Part shown: positions 39,221 to 49,078 of the stretch, piece after piece
Position numbering within the stretch: position 1 is the stretch's first letter
Layout: the number at the start of each line of letters is the position of its first letter
NCBI GenBank assembly: GCA_964630525.1
Contig: CAZVUY010000001.1
Coordinates: forward strand, 44,883-108,882
Length of the DNA stretch: 64,000 bases
Reading direction: 5' to 3'
Source: an uncultured Candidatus Saccharibacteria bacterium
GTDB lineage: Bacteria > Patescibacteriota > Minisyncoccia > Phycocordibacterales > WO2-35-19
The notes under the pieces: model-generated
Databases searched by the model: none
Told to the model about the DNA's origin: nothing
The model's input: only the letters and a program-made list of their open reading frames with translations
Made by a program: the position numbers and the translations under genes

Positions 39221-40423
39221 TTAAGCAATAATCTTGGTTACCACTCCGGCACCCACAGTCTTGCCGCCCTCACGGATAGCAAACTTCTGCTTTTCCTCGA
39301 GAGCGATCGGAGCCACCAATTTTACTTTAAATTGAGCAGTATCTCCCGGCATAACCATCTCTACCCCCTCTTTCAAAGAAACTTCACCTGTTACGTCAGT
39401 AGTTCTGATGTAAAACTGAGGTTTGTAACCAGTGAAAAATGGAGTATGTCGGCCGCCTTCTTCTTTCTTGAGAATGTACACTTCTGATTCGAATTCGGTA
39501 TGAGGAGTCACGCTCTTTGGTTTAGCGATAACCTGACCTCGGTGAACATCTTCTTTGCCGAGACCTCGGAGCAAGATACCGGCGTTGTCGCCAGCCTGAC
39601 CTTCATTGAGTTGCTTATTAAACATTTCAATACCAGTCACGGTGGTCTTCTGAGCTTCCTTAAGACCGATCACTTCTACTTCCTCACCAACCTTGATAGA
39701 ACCTCTTTCGATCTTACCTGTCACCACAGTACCTCTTCCTTCGATCGAGAAAATATCTTCGATCGGCATAAGGAATGGTTTCTCGAGGTCACGTACTGGA
39801 TTTGGAATGTAAGTATCAACTGTTTTGATAAGTTCAAGTACTTTTTGAGCCCATTCATCAGAAGCATCCTTGGCTTCAAGAGCTTTGAGACCGGAGCCTC
39901 GGATGATCGGAGTATTGGCACCATCATAATGATTCTTGGTCAACAATTCGCGGATTTCTTCTTCCACCAAGTCGATCAAATCTTTGTCAGGCACCATATC
40001 GCACTTGTTCAAGAAAACAACAATCTTTGGCACACCCACTTGGTAAGCAAGGAGAATATGCTCTCTAGTCTGAGGCATGACCCCATCAGTAGCAGCTACC
40101 ACCAAGATAGCACCATCCATTTGAGCGGCACCAGTAATCATGTTTTTGATGTAGTCAGCGTGACCCGGAGCGTCAATGTGCGCATAGTGTCTAGCTGGAG
40201 TCCAGTATTCAGAGTGGTGAAGGGCGATCGTAATACCTCGAGCTTTTTCTTCTGGGGCATTATCAATATTGCCTATTTCCTCAACACGAGCACCAAATCC
40301 ATCAGCCTTATTCATATCAAGTACCCTTAAGATAGAGGCGGTCAGGGTAGTTTTGCCGTGGTCAACGTGGCCGATGGTACCAACATTGACATGGGGCTTA
40401 GAACGATCAAAAGATTCTGCCAT
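39221..40423 (-). CDS. tuf: Elongation factor Tu
   Basis: [36 protein letters not shown]. Confidence 0.99.
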   Translation of the reverse strand: MAESFDRSKPHVNVGTIGHVDHGKTTLTASILRVLDMNKADGFGARVEEIGNIDNAPEEKARGITIALHHSEYWTPARHYAHIDAPGHADYIKNMITGAAQMDGAILVVAATDGVMPQTREHILLAYQVGVPKIVVFLNKCDMVPDKDLIDLVEEEIRELLTKNHYDGANTPIIRGSGLKALEAKDASDEWAQKVLELIKTVDTYIPNPVRDLEKPFLMPIEDIFSIEGRGTVVTGKIERGSIKVGEEVEVIGLKEAQKTTVTGIEMFNKQLNEGQAGDNAGILLRGLGKEDVHRGQVIAKPKSVTPHTEFESEVYILKKEEGGRHTPFFTGYKPQFYIRTTDVTGEVSLKEGVEMVMPGDTAQFKVKLVAPIALEEKQKFAIREGGKTVGAGVVTKIIA

Positions 40424-40521
40424 ATTTTTAAATATTATCGATTACTAATTTCTAATTAAAAAAGGTGTAAACAAAACAACACCCACACATGAGTCAACAC
40501 ATGATAACAAAAAGATTAATT

Positions 40522-40821
40522 TTATGCAAATATACCGCTTACCGCCCTTTTGAGCCGAGCCATTTCCTCGGTCACGATCTTTTCAAAACCAGAAACATTG
40601 CCCTTCAGAAAAGAAAGGACTTGTTCATAGTCACTGCCAGCATTGGAGATGGCTTGGTCAAAATTGTTGATCGTTTCTTCATCCATCAAATCTACCGAGC
40701 GCTCAACTACCGATTCGAAAAGAAGGTTGCCGATCTTTTCGATCATCCGCTCCTGCTCTTCATTTGCCATTCCGGAGAGACCGAAATCTTGAGCTATTTT
40801 TTTCTTAAAATTTTCATCCAT
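40522..40821 (-). CDS. Small acidic helical protein (DUF5663-like)
   Basis: FGLSGM..EEQERMIEKIG.LLFESV; family recalled from memory only. Confidence 0.6.
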   Translation of the reverse strand: MDENFKKKIAQDFGLSGMANEEQERMIEKIGNLLFESVVERSVDLMDEETINNFDQAISNAGSDYEQVLSFLKGNVSGFEKIVTEEMARLKRAVSGIFA

Positions 40822-40825
40822 TGTT

Positions 40826-43800
40826 TTAAGCTAACTTTTTATCCAAAACTGGCGGCTGGCTCTGTTGCCTCATCAAGAAACCGCCTATTCTCTTGATATA
40901 GCTCTCCATGTTTTCTCCATTATCATACGGCTTGAAATCGGCATTCGAATGTTTATGGGCCTCCTCTACCAAATCAGCTACCCATTCCACCAACTTACGA
41001 TGTTTTTCGGAAGTTTGGAGTTCTTGCAAAATTGTTTGCGGCAAATCAGAAGTCTCTGGACTCTTAAAATATTCTAACACCCTTCGGGCCGGAAGTCCTG
41101 AGATAGTTTTCCACTCTTTGGTCGCCACTCCAGCTATTTTCTGCAAACCCAGAAGATGGCTCTCACCATAAATATTATCTATTTCGTTATTGAAAACCTG
41201 ATTGACCGCTTCATTTATCTCAGCCGTTTTGGCGACCACCGAAGTATCGCTCGACATGGTACGCAACCTTTCTCGACCGTCTTCTAATATTCCAAGCTCT
41301 CTCTTGGCTCTTATCACCTCCTCATTCGCCGCAAGTTTGGCCTGCGGATCAACGACCTCGTTTTGGGCCAGCCTCAACCTCACCCTCTCGGGCTCCGGTT
41401 GAGATTTCGGTGTCTCAATATCTTGAAAAGGTGCTTCTGGAGAAACTGGCTTTAACTTTTCAAGCTCTTCTGATACAGAAATAGGTGACGGCTCCATCTC
41501 CGGGGCATCTGGTAGTTCTGGAACAGCTGGTTCGGTCTTTGGCATTTCAAAAACTTTTGGTTTCTGGTTCACTATTTCATCGAGATCAAGTTGTTTGCCA
41601 GGATTTTCAGAAAGCCAAGTTTCAATCTTATGATTACTGTCAATAATCGAGGTTATTTGAGCTGGTTTCAGATTCTCCGCCTCATTTAAAAGAGCTTCTA
41701 ATTTCTTCGAATCAGCAAAAAGGTTTGAAAAATCTACTTTTTGACCTACCGATATTTCCCCATTCGAACCAATACCGTATTTTTCATTGTTTTTTAGCAC
41801 CTCATCAACCAAACTTTGCAAAACCCTAGTCTGCTTGGCCTCAATCTGATCAGCGATTTCTTGTAGAGATCCGGCTCCACTCAAATTTTTAAACTTATCG
41901 TTATTCTCCAGAGTTTCCTTGAGCATTTTCCAAACCGAATCTCCAGCTTTAACCTGGTGAATAAGAGTTTCTGGTTTTAGAGGGGGTATGGATTCGGGTG
42001 CTGATGTTTTTGGTGTTGATGCTATTTCTGTTTCTGGTACTGGTGATACTTCTGGTTTTTCTGAAGCTTTTGGTGTAACAGACTCTGACACTTCTGCCCC
42101 CTCTCCTACCGGAGTTTCGGCGACTTCAGGTTTTGTTGGTTCGGATTGGCCAACTTGAGACTCATTTAATTCTTGTATCTGAGCTTTGACTTTCGGCTCA
42201 ACGGCTGCCAAATCTTGGCTATTTGGAGATTTCAACGATTGATCCATTGTCGAAGCGGCATCAGATTTTGGACCAACTGGCTCTTGGCTGAATTTAGGAG
42301 CGTTTCTATACAACCTATTTTGATCAAGACGACCCCTTTGTTCGGTTTCCAAGGTAGGTGATCCACCAGTTCCCTCAATAGTGCTAGTGGCAAAATTTTC
42401 AGCAAAATTAGCCAGAAGCCCTGTACCGGCACCAGCAAGAGCAGTAACTCCGACCCTTTTCGCGGCCATTTTTATTCTTTCTTTCTTGTATTTTTGCTGT
42501 ATACTTAAAAATCTTTTTGATTTTTCCTCCAAAGAAAGGTTAGAATTTTTTAAATCTTCAATATCCCTTCTCTCGTCTTCATTAAGTTTTTCAATAGACC
42601 ACCGTTTACCAGTCCATTCTCCAGCAGCCACACCCGCAGCACCAGAGGCAACCCTTTTACCAACAAAACCGAGCGCTCCAAATGCCCCTGCTCCAGCACC
42701 AAAAGTAAGTCCCGCTACCGTACCCACTCCAAAGTTGAGAGCAAACCTCTGTTTTCGAGAAAGTCCCAAATACCATTTAACTGTTTTGGTGGCTAAAAGG
42801 TTTTTTACCATTTCAGCAGCCTTATCTGTAAGGTTTTCTTCTCTTGCTTGTCTTTTGGCGTTTATCCGCTCATCATGCTCTCTCCTTACCAACTCCTCAA
42901 ACAAGGCGTCGTTTATTTTCTTTTCTAGTTCTTCTTGTGTAAGATTGCCATTTTCTTCATTTATAACTTTTTCTCTAATTTGCTGTTTTACACGATCTCT
43001 TGCGATAAAATAATTTTCTTGTACTTGCTTTAAATATTCTAAAGTTACCTTTCCTTTATTGTAATCATCGGTTATACCAACAACCGCGACTCTCAACCTA
43101 TCAAGAAGTATTTTTGGGTCTTCGTTGTTTGGATCATAATCAATTCGTTCTGGCTCTTCATTCCTATATTGGTCAGGACGAGCACCAACATCTTCCTCCT
43201 CTATTCTTTGTAGATGGCCTAAATCAGAAAGTTTTTGTTCTGCAGTTTTTTCTTTAAAATCATGGAAGCCAACGTTTCTTTTTAGAGGCTCTTTATCAAG
43301 TTGTTCCATGGCAAAAGGTATAAATTCAACAAGCTCTTCTGGTTCTATAGATGGCGAAACAAAAAGGTCTCTAATTGATTCATTAACCAAGTTACGTCCC
43401 AAAAAAGTGTTTGAGGCCCCAATTATAATTCTATTTATGTGTATATGGTCTACAGAAGAAATATTTAAAATTTTTAGAGCTTCTAAAACCTTTTCTGCGG
43501 TAGCGAGATCAATGGGTTTTTCTTCATACTTTGATGTCTTTTCATTAAATACTGGTTGGGAAGATACTTTAAAGCCCATCTTTTCTAATTCACCTACTGC
43601 ATTGGTTTCTTGTGAACTCATACCCGGTTCTGGTCCTACTTGTTTTTTCTCCTCTTCTTCTTCGTCTTCCAGTTTTATAAAGTCACTTCTGTCTTCATTT
43701 GGGTCCAATTGGTCTACACCATCTTGCTCGGATAAAACAGCGTTTTTGATATATTCATTTACAAACTCAACATTTGCATCACGTCTAACCTTGAGAATCT

Positions 43801-44545
43801 TTTCTCCCTCGTCGTATATCGCAAGACTTGGAAGAGCTTCTACTTTTTCCACCCTAACACCCAAACTACTGAGTTTTTCTAGCAGCTCACCGTCAATAGA
43901 AGTAAGATCAAAATCTTCTTGGTCTTCTGGTTCCGTTATCTCCTCTTGTGATGGTAGGTCTGGTTCTGCGTCAGGGTTAGGTTGTGCGCCACCGTTTTGC
44001 TCCTCTTCTTCTATGCTTTTCTGTTTAACAAAATTGATAATTTCTTCTTTAGAAACTCCTGGACCTATCTTTAATTGGCCATTTTCAAAAAAGATTCCTG
44101 GATTTGCTGCCAGACGCAGCTTCCCTTTTAGTTGTTTCAGTGCTTCCTGGTCATTGACAGATTGCAAATCATCAATAGCAGAACTTACAGATTCGTAGAC
44201 ACCAGCCCTAACCTCCTTCGTTAAATTGTGGAAATCGTCAGTAATGGCCCCCTTTTCAGGGACCAAATAAAAAGAAACTTTATTTACGGGAGAATTAAAC
44301 TTTCCGGTCACCCCTGTTTTTCCAAAATCAGCTAGAGAATTTCCTCCTGTGTTTTTATGATTCGGATCCAATTGTTCTAATTTTTGAGAAAATGATAAAT
44401 TTTCAAAACCAGGATCAAGCGCTGGTATTTCTTGAGTATTTTGAGGTTGGCCGCTGTTGGCAATTTCTTCATTCAAATCCGCTAGCGCCTCGGCGGTTGA
44501 AACACTACCGCTATTTTGTGGAGAATTATTCAAATCAGGATCCAT
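40826..44545 (-). CDS. Large (~1240 aa) acidic protein with a Gly-rich hydrophobic segment and a LysM-like motif
   Basis: Long ORF; GVGTVAGLTFGAGAGAFGALG; HQVKAGDSVWKML; TATAAT 6 nt before the ATG at 44545. Confidence 0.75.
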   Translation of the reverse strand: MDPDLNNSPQNSGSVSTAEALADLNEEIANSGQPQNTQEIPALDPGFENLSFSQKLEQLDPNHKNTGGNSLADFGKTGVTGKFNSPVNKVSFYLVPEKGAITDDFHNLTKEVRAGVYESVSSAIDDLQSVNDQEALKQLKGKLRLAANPGIFFENGQLKIGPGVSKEEIINFVKQKSIEEEEQNGGAQPNPDAEPDLPSQEEITEPEDQEDFDLTSIDGELLEKLSSLGVRVEKVEALPSLAIYDEGEKILKVRRDANVEFVNEYIKNAVLSEQDGVDQLDPNEDRSDFIKLEDEEEEEKKQVGPEPGMSSQETNAVGELEKMGFKVSSQPVFNEKTSKYEEKPIDLATAEKVLEALKILNISSVDHIHINRIIIGASNTFLGRNLVNESIRDLFVSPSIEPEELVEFIPFAMEQLDKEPLKRNVGFHDFKEKTAEQKLSDLGHLQRIEEEDVGARPDQYRNEEPERIDYDPNNEDPKILLDRLRVAVVGITDDYNKGKVTLEYLKQVQENYFIARDRVKQQIREKVINEENGNLTQEELEKKINDALFEELVRREHDERINAKRQAREENLTDKAAEMVKNLLATKTVKWYLGLSRKQRFALNFGVGTVAGLTFGAGAGAFGALGFVGKRVASGAAGVAAGEWTGKRWSIEKLNEDERRDIEDLKNSNLSLEEKSKRFLSIQQKYKKERIKMAAKRVGVTALAGAGTGLLANFAENFATSTIEGTGGSPTLETEQRGRLDQNRLYRNAPKFSQEPVGPKSDAASTMDQSLKSPNSQDLAAVEPKVKAQIQELNESQVGQSEPTKPEVAETPVGEGAEVSESVTPKASEKPEVSPVPETEIASTPKTSAPESIPPLKPETLIHQVKAGDSVWKMLKETLENNDKFKNLSGAGSLQEIADQIEAKQTRVLQSLVDEVLKNNEKYGIGSNGEISVGQKVDFSNLFADSKKLEALLNEAENLKPAQITSIIDSNHKIETWLSENPGKQLDLDEIVNQKPKVFEMPKTEPAVPELPDAPEMEPSPISVSEELEKLKPVSPEAPFQDIETPKSQPEPERVRLRLAQNEVVDPQAKLAANEEVIRAKRELGILEDGRERLRTMSSDTSVVAKTAEINEAVNQVFNNEIDNIYGESHLLGLQKIAGVATKEWKTISGLPARRVLEYFKSPETSDLPQTILQELQTSEKHRKLVEWVADLVEEAHKHSNADFKPYDNGENMESYIKRIGGFLMRQQSQPPVLDKKLA

Positions 44546-44671
44546 AACAAAATTATACTTGAGCCACACCAAAAACAGAAGTGGAAAGAGGGTTGGGGTT
44601 GACCCCGTAGTAGAAAACCCCATTGGCATTTGCCTGCTTTTTTCAAAGCTATGGGATTTTTCACTACGGGG

Positions 44672-44701
44672 TTGACTTTTTCTGACCTTTGGGTGTATAA
44701 T
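44672..44701 (+). promoter_or_regulatory. Putative sigma70 promoter of nusA
   Basis: TTGACT-18 nt-TATAAT. Confidence 0.6.
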
Positions 44702-44807
44702 GCGGGCAATACTGAAATCAGCGTCATCCGCCTCCCAGCGGATTTTGTTTTTTCTGGTTCGGTGTGATTTACAAATTTTTAACTTTACAGTTTAAAAAAT
44801 TAAAAAC

Positions 44808-46016
44808 ATGTTTGATCTAAAAATCATCAATTCAGTCCTTGATCAGCTCAAGGAGGAGCGTGGTATACCAAAAGAAAGGGTAATCGAGGCCATCGAAATG
44901 GCTCTTGCCACTGCTTATAAAAAAGAGTATGGCAAACGAGGCCAGATCGTCCGCGCCAAGTTTGACCTAAAAAGCGGTAGTGTCGAGATGAGTCAAGTCA
45001 AGATCGTTGTCGACGACTCCAAAGTGTTCATGGACAGAGAGTCACTAGAGGAAGCTTTGGCTACCGCCGAAGAAAAAGATGATGACAGAGTACTCTTCAA
45101 CCCAGAACACCACATCCTGCTCGCTGACGCCCAAAAAATCAAAAAAGGGGTCGAGGTAGGCGATGAAATCGTCTTTCCACTAGAAACCAAGGGTGACTAT
45201 GGCCGGATCGCCAGTCAAACTGCTAAACAGGTGATCATGCAGAAAATCAGAGAGGCTGAACGAGATTCGGTCCTCAAAGAATTTGGGGCTCGAGAAGGAG
45301 AGATCATCACCGGCAATGTCCAGCGTATCGAGCGCGGCAACATCTTCGTCGATGTTGGTCGAGCGGTTGGTATTTTACCTTACGAAGAACAGATTCCGGG
45401 CGAAAGATTCAGCCAAGGCGAGAGAGTGCGTGCTTACCTTTACCGAGTAGAAGACGGTATGAAAGGGGTCGCCTTGCGCCTCTCCCGTTCTCACCCACGA
45501 TTTTTGATCAAACTTTTTGAAAACGAGGTGCCAGAACTCGCAAACAACACCATCGAAATCAAGAGTGTCGCCCGAGAAGCCGGCTCTCGCTCCAAAGTAG
45601 CGGTAGCGACCAACGACAATTACATCGACCCAGTCGGCTCTTTGGTCGGCCAAAGAGGAGTCCGCGTAGCTACCGTCACCAGCGAACTTGGTGGTGAAAA
45701 AATCGATGTCATAGAGTGGTCCGAAAACCCAGCCGAATTTATCGAAGACGCTCTCTCCCCTGCTAAAATAGTATCCGTCGAAATCGACGAAGAAAATCAT
45801 CAAGCCAACGTAGTCGTTTCCGAAGATCAGCAGTCTCTGGCTATCGGTAAAGGTGGTCAAAACGTCCGCCTAGCGGCCAAACTCACTGGCTGGCGCATTG
45901 ATATCAAGTCAGTCAGAGGTGATGAACTTGGTGGAGCTGAAAGCGAAGCGGAAGAGACCGAATCAGCACCTCACCCCACCCCATCCCCTGATAAAATGGA
46001 AGAAGAATCCGAATAA
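44808..46016 (+). CDS. nusA: Transcription termination factor NusA
   Basis: GRIASQTAKQVI.QKIREAER, AREAG.RSKVAV, SLAIGKGGQNVRLAAKLTGWRIDI. Confidence 0.98.
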   Translation: MFDLKIINSVLDQLKEERGIPKERVIEAIEMALATAYKKEYGKRGQIVRAKFDLKSGSVEMSQVKIVVDDSKVFMDRESLEEALATAEEKDDDRVLFNPEHHILLADAQKIKKGVEVGDEIVFPLETKGDYGRIASQTAKQVIMQKIREAERDSVLKEFGAREGEIITGNVQRIERGNIFVDVGRAVGILPYEEQIPGERFSQGERVRAYLYRVEDGMKGVALRLSRSHPRFLIKLFENEVPELANNTIEIKSVAREAGSRSKVAVATNDNYIDPVGSLVGQRGVRVATVTSELGGEKIDVIEWSENPAEFIEDALSPAKIVSVEIDEENHQANVVVSEDQQSLAIGKGGQNVRLAAKLTGWRIDIKSVRGDELGGAESEAEETESAPHPTPSPDKMEEESE

Positions 46017-46030
46017 GAAAAACTAAATCA

Positions 46031-46062
46031 GCAAAAAATCCCGCTTTAGCGGGATTTTTTGC
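46031..46062. terminator. Intrinsic terminator after nusA
   Basis: GCAAAAAATCCCGC TTTA GCGGGATTTTTTGC. Confidence 0.85.
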
Positions 46063-46175
46063 TGTCATCCCCGAATATAGCCTCCTCCTCCTCCTTGCAT
46101 TTTTTGGTAGATGTGATATAATCTAAGAAGGTAGTTAGTTTGATAGTTAGTAAGGTAGGTAGAAAGGAAAAGAAA

Positions 46176-47171
46176 GTGAGAACAATCGCTTTCCTGCTCT
46201 CCGTATTCGCGGCACTGGTAAACCCAGTGTCCGCGCAACCCATTATCAAAGGTGCCTTCGCGGAACCAATTGGGGCGGAGCTCGACAAGTTCCCCCTCAA
46301 GACCAAGAGGCTTTCAGCCAAGGAGGAGACTGAGCTCGGACTCTCACTGAGGTTGCTCTATAAACCGACAGTGGTGCAAAACCACTTTCGGAATATCCGG
46401 CCCGACGATCGCGGCCGGTTTGCACTTGAGGTCTTGCCGCCGGCCACTCCGGTTCTTGTAGACAGGAGTGGTAAGCTCCGCTATAAAGCGGACTGCGGCA
46501 ATCGCATTGTCGAGGTCGAATCTTATCCACCACTGAGTAAAGGAGGTCTGGAGGGTGTTCATTACCCACAAGAACCTCACAGTGGTACGGAGAGCAGGGA
46601 GGGTAAGCCTAAGAACACCCTCGGCGGCAAAGAAACCAGCAAAAAAGGTTTCTTTCAGTCGATAATCGACAACACCAAAGAGGCAGCTGCAGGAGTCTGG
46701 AACTTCCTCTGGGACTTTCTCAGATGGTTGTTCTGGGCACTGGTGTATTTTCTTGGTGTTGGTTTGATTGTAGCGATCCTGTGTGGTCTATACTGGTTGG
46801 TTCGAGACACCATCAACCAGTGGAATCGAGGCGGACAAAGCCCGCCACCGACCACAAACCCTCCGGCGACATCCCAGCAAGCAACTCCTGTACCTGATTC
46901 AGAAACTCAGAAAGCGTCTGTTGCCACTCCGGTGGCAACACCACGACCTGATTCATCTGAGTCAACTGGGACCTTGCGAGCTGTACCAGCCAGAGGAAGC
47001 TTTGGCCCAGCTCGAGAAGGATCAACGGAAAAACCCAAAGCCGCGAGCCGGCGCCTGCGAGTAGAAATTTCTGAAGACGGAGATGTCTACACCAAATCCA
47101 AGGGTTATACCTCCTTCCTGGTAGAACAGGACGAGGAGGGAAACACGGTCGTACGAACCAACTCCAACTAA
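46176..47171 (+). CDS. Hypothetical membrane protein (signal peptide, TM, Pro/Thr-rich linker)
   Basis: Own promoter (TTGCAT-16-TATAAT at 46095-46122), GTG start, downstream terminator; KADCGNRI motif. Confidence 0.7.
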   Translation: MRTIAFLLSVFAALVNPVSAQPIIKGAFAEPIGAELDKFPLKTKRLSAKEETELGLSLRLLYKPTVVQNHFRNIRPDDRGRFALEVLPPATPVLVDRSGKLRYKADCGNRIVEVESYPPLSKGGLEGVHYPQEPHSGTESREGKPKNTLGGKETSKKGFFQSIIDNTKEAAAGVWNFLWDFLRWLFWALVYFLGVGLIVAILCGLYWLVRDTINQWNRGGQSPPPTTNPPATSQQATPVPDSETQKASVATPVATPRPDSSESTGTLRAVPARGSFGPAREGSTEKPKAASRRLRVEISEDGDVYTKSKGYTSFLVEQDEEGNTVVRTNSN

Positions 47172-47181
47172 CTTCTGTTCC

Positions 47182-47222
47182 AATCCCCGCCGATGACGAG
47201 TCGGCGGGGATTTTGCTTTTTA
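47182..47222 (+). terminator. Intrinsic terminator
   Basis: AATCCCCGCCGA...TCGGCGGGGATT TTGCTTTTT. Confidence 0.8.
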
Positions 47223-47295
47223 TCCAAAAATTTTCTATGCTTAATTTTGATTGTTTGTTAATCTTTCAATCTTTTAATTTTTAATCTTTAAATTT

Positions 47296-47820
47296 ATGAA
47301 CCTATGGCACGAGATAGATCCTGGTACCAAAGAGCAGATGAACGTAATCGTTGAAATCAACAAAGGTTCCAAAAACAAATACGAAATAGACAAAAAGACT
47401 GGCCTGATCGCACTTGACCGCGCCATGCACACAGCTCAGGACTTCCCTTTTGATTATGGTTTCGTTCCCCAGAGCCTTTGGCACGACAATGACCCACTAG
47501 ATGTGATTGTGCTTACTACTCACCCACTACTACCCGGAGTGTTGGTTAAAGCGCGACCGGTCGCTATCATGAACATGGTTGATGGGGGCGAGGGTGATGA
47601 CAAGCTGATCGCCGTACCGGTAGACGATCCCCGTTGGGACCACGTCACCGACCTTGGTGATATCAACAAGCATACCCTCAAGGAAATCGAGCATTTCTAC
47701 TCCACTTACAAGAAGCTCCAGAACAAGCACGTGGAGGTTACTGGTTTCAAAAACAAAGCTGACGCTGAAGCCGCTTTCGAGGAAGGCCGGAAAATATACA
47801 AAGAAAAATACCCTGGATAG
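47296..47820 (+). CDS. ppa: Inorganic pyrophosphatase (family I)
   Basis: NKYEIDK, YGFVPQS, DNDPLDV, DDKLIAVP. Confidence 0.96.
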   Translation: MNLWHEIDPGTKEQMNVIVEINKGSKNKYEIDKKTGLIALDRAMHTAQDFPFDYGFVPQSLWHDNDPLDVIVLTTHPLLPGVLVKARPVAIMNMVDGGEGDDKLIAVPVDDPRWDHVTDLGDINKHTLKEIEHFYSTYKKLQNKHVEVTGFKNKADAEAAFEEGRKIYKEKYPG

Positions 47821-47900
47821 TTTTCCACTTCAAATCAATCCCCTTTCGTACTATGCTATAAGTGGATTATCAGAATTCACTTATTAGTTTAAATTTGATT

Positions 47901-48656
47901 ATGAAAAAAATATTATTGGGTGTTGCTTTGTCGGTTTTGTTGCTACCCGGCATCACAACCGCTGAAGTTGAAACTAGAATTTCCACCGAAGTTAAGGTTA
48001 GGGCCCGATCAGACGACAATAGTACTAGCACCGAAGCTAGACTGAGAGCCAAAACAGAACTCGAGCTACGTAAAAAAGAGATAGAAGAAAGAAGAGAGGA
48101 GCTTAAGGATGAAATGGAAGAAAGGCGAGAAGCCATAAAACAAGAGACCGAACAGAGACGGGAGGAATTAAAAAATGAGATTGAAGAAAGAAAAGAGAAC
48201 GCTCTCTCCAAAATCCAAGAAAGACTGGTAAAGTTTACTGAAAACGTGATGGAAAGGTTCGAAGCGGCTGTTGAAAGATTGGAAAAGCTGGCCCAAAGGA
48301 TCGACTCGAGGATCGCTAAGATGGAATCCCAAAACATTAACGTGAAGGAGGCTAAGGACTTGATGGTAGTCGCTAAGTTGAAGATTGAGACAGCCAAAAC
48401 CAGTATCACCGGTATTAGTCTTGAGTCAGAAGTGGTCGCCTCAAGCACCGCCACCTCAACTGCCGCCTTCAAAGAAGATTTTGCGTCCTTAAAATCCCAG
48501 GTCGAAAAAGCTAAAGCTGATGTCAAAGCTGCTCATGCCGCATTGGTCGACGTGATCAACAGCCTGAAACCGGGCTTGAACAAAAAAGCTACCACTACCC
48601 CGAGCAGCACCGCCACCACCACCGCAACTTCAACTGCTACTACCACCACCAACTAA
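47901..48656 (+). CDS. Exported coiled-coil protein with a Thr-rich tail
   Basis: Signal peptide; E/K/R heptads; STATTT repeats. Confidence 0.75.
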   Translation: MKKILLGVALSVLLLPGITTAEVETRISTEVKVRARSDDNSTSTEARLRAKTELELRKKEIEERREELKDEMEERREAIKQETEQRREELKNEIEERKENALSKIQERLVKFTENVMERFEAAVERLEKLAQRIDSRIAKMESQNINVKEAKDLMVVAKLKIETAKTSITGISLESEVVASSTATSTAAFKEDFASLKSQVEKAKADVKAAHAALVDVINSLKPGLNKKATTTPSSTATTTATSTATTTTN

Positions 48657-48686
48657 GTAAAAAATTATAAGATTAAAAATATAAAA

Positions 48687-48995
48687 ATGGACACTTTCAA
48701 CCCAAGCCAAATGCCAGGCATCCAAGCCACTCCAGAGAAGAAGCCTGTCGGACCACTTATCGCCGTCATAATCATCCTCGCTCTTATCATAATTGGTGGC
48801 CTATACTTCCTAAAAGAGCGCTCAAATAATGCATACATTCCACCAGCCGAAACTAGTGACAGTGTCACAGCCTCATTAAAGCAACAAGGTGCATCTGATG
48901 ATTTGAACGCCATAGAGGCCGACCTCAATGCCACTAACCTGGACAACCTTGACCAGGGTGCCGCCGCTATCCAAGCAGAGTTAAACGCCCAATAA
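48687..48995 (+). CDS. Hypothetical single-TM protein
   Basis: GPLIAVIIILALIIIGGLYF; SDDLNAIEADL. Confidence 0.75.
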   Translation: MDTFNPSQMPGIQATPEKKPVGPLIAVIIILALIIIGGLYFLKERSNNAYIPPAETSDSVTASLKQQGASDDLNAIEADLNATNLDNLDQGAAAIQAELNAQ

Positions 48996-49007
48996 TCTTG
49001 GATTTAT

Positions 49008-49046
49008 CAAAAAACCACCTCTTCGATTGAAAGAGGTGGTTTTTTG
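49008..49046 (+). terminator. Intrinsic terminator
   Basis: AAAAAACCACCTCTT...AAGAGGTGGTTTTTT. Confidence 0.8.
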
Positions 49047-49078
49047 CTAGCCCAAATAATAGCTGCTAAGATACTGTC

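Noticed and set aside
39500-40330. Long antisense ORFs (e.g. 39500-40330, 43308-44198, 23469-24092, 27748-28359, 47870-48526)
   Set aside because: They are shadows of well-supported genes on the opposite strand and have no motifs of their own
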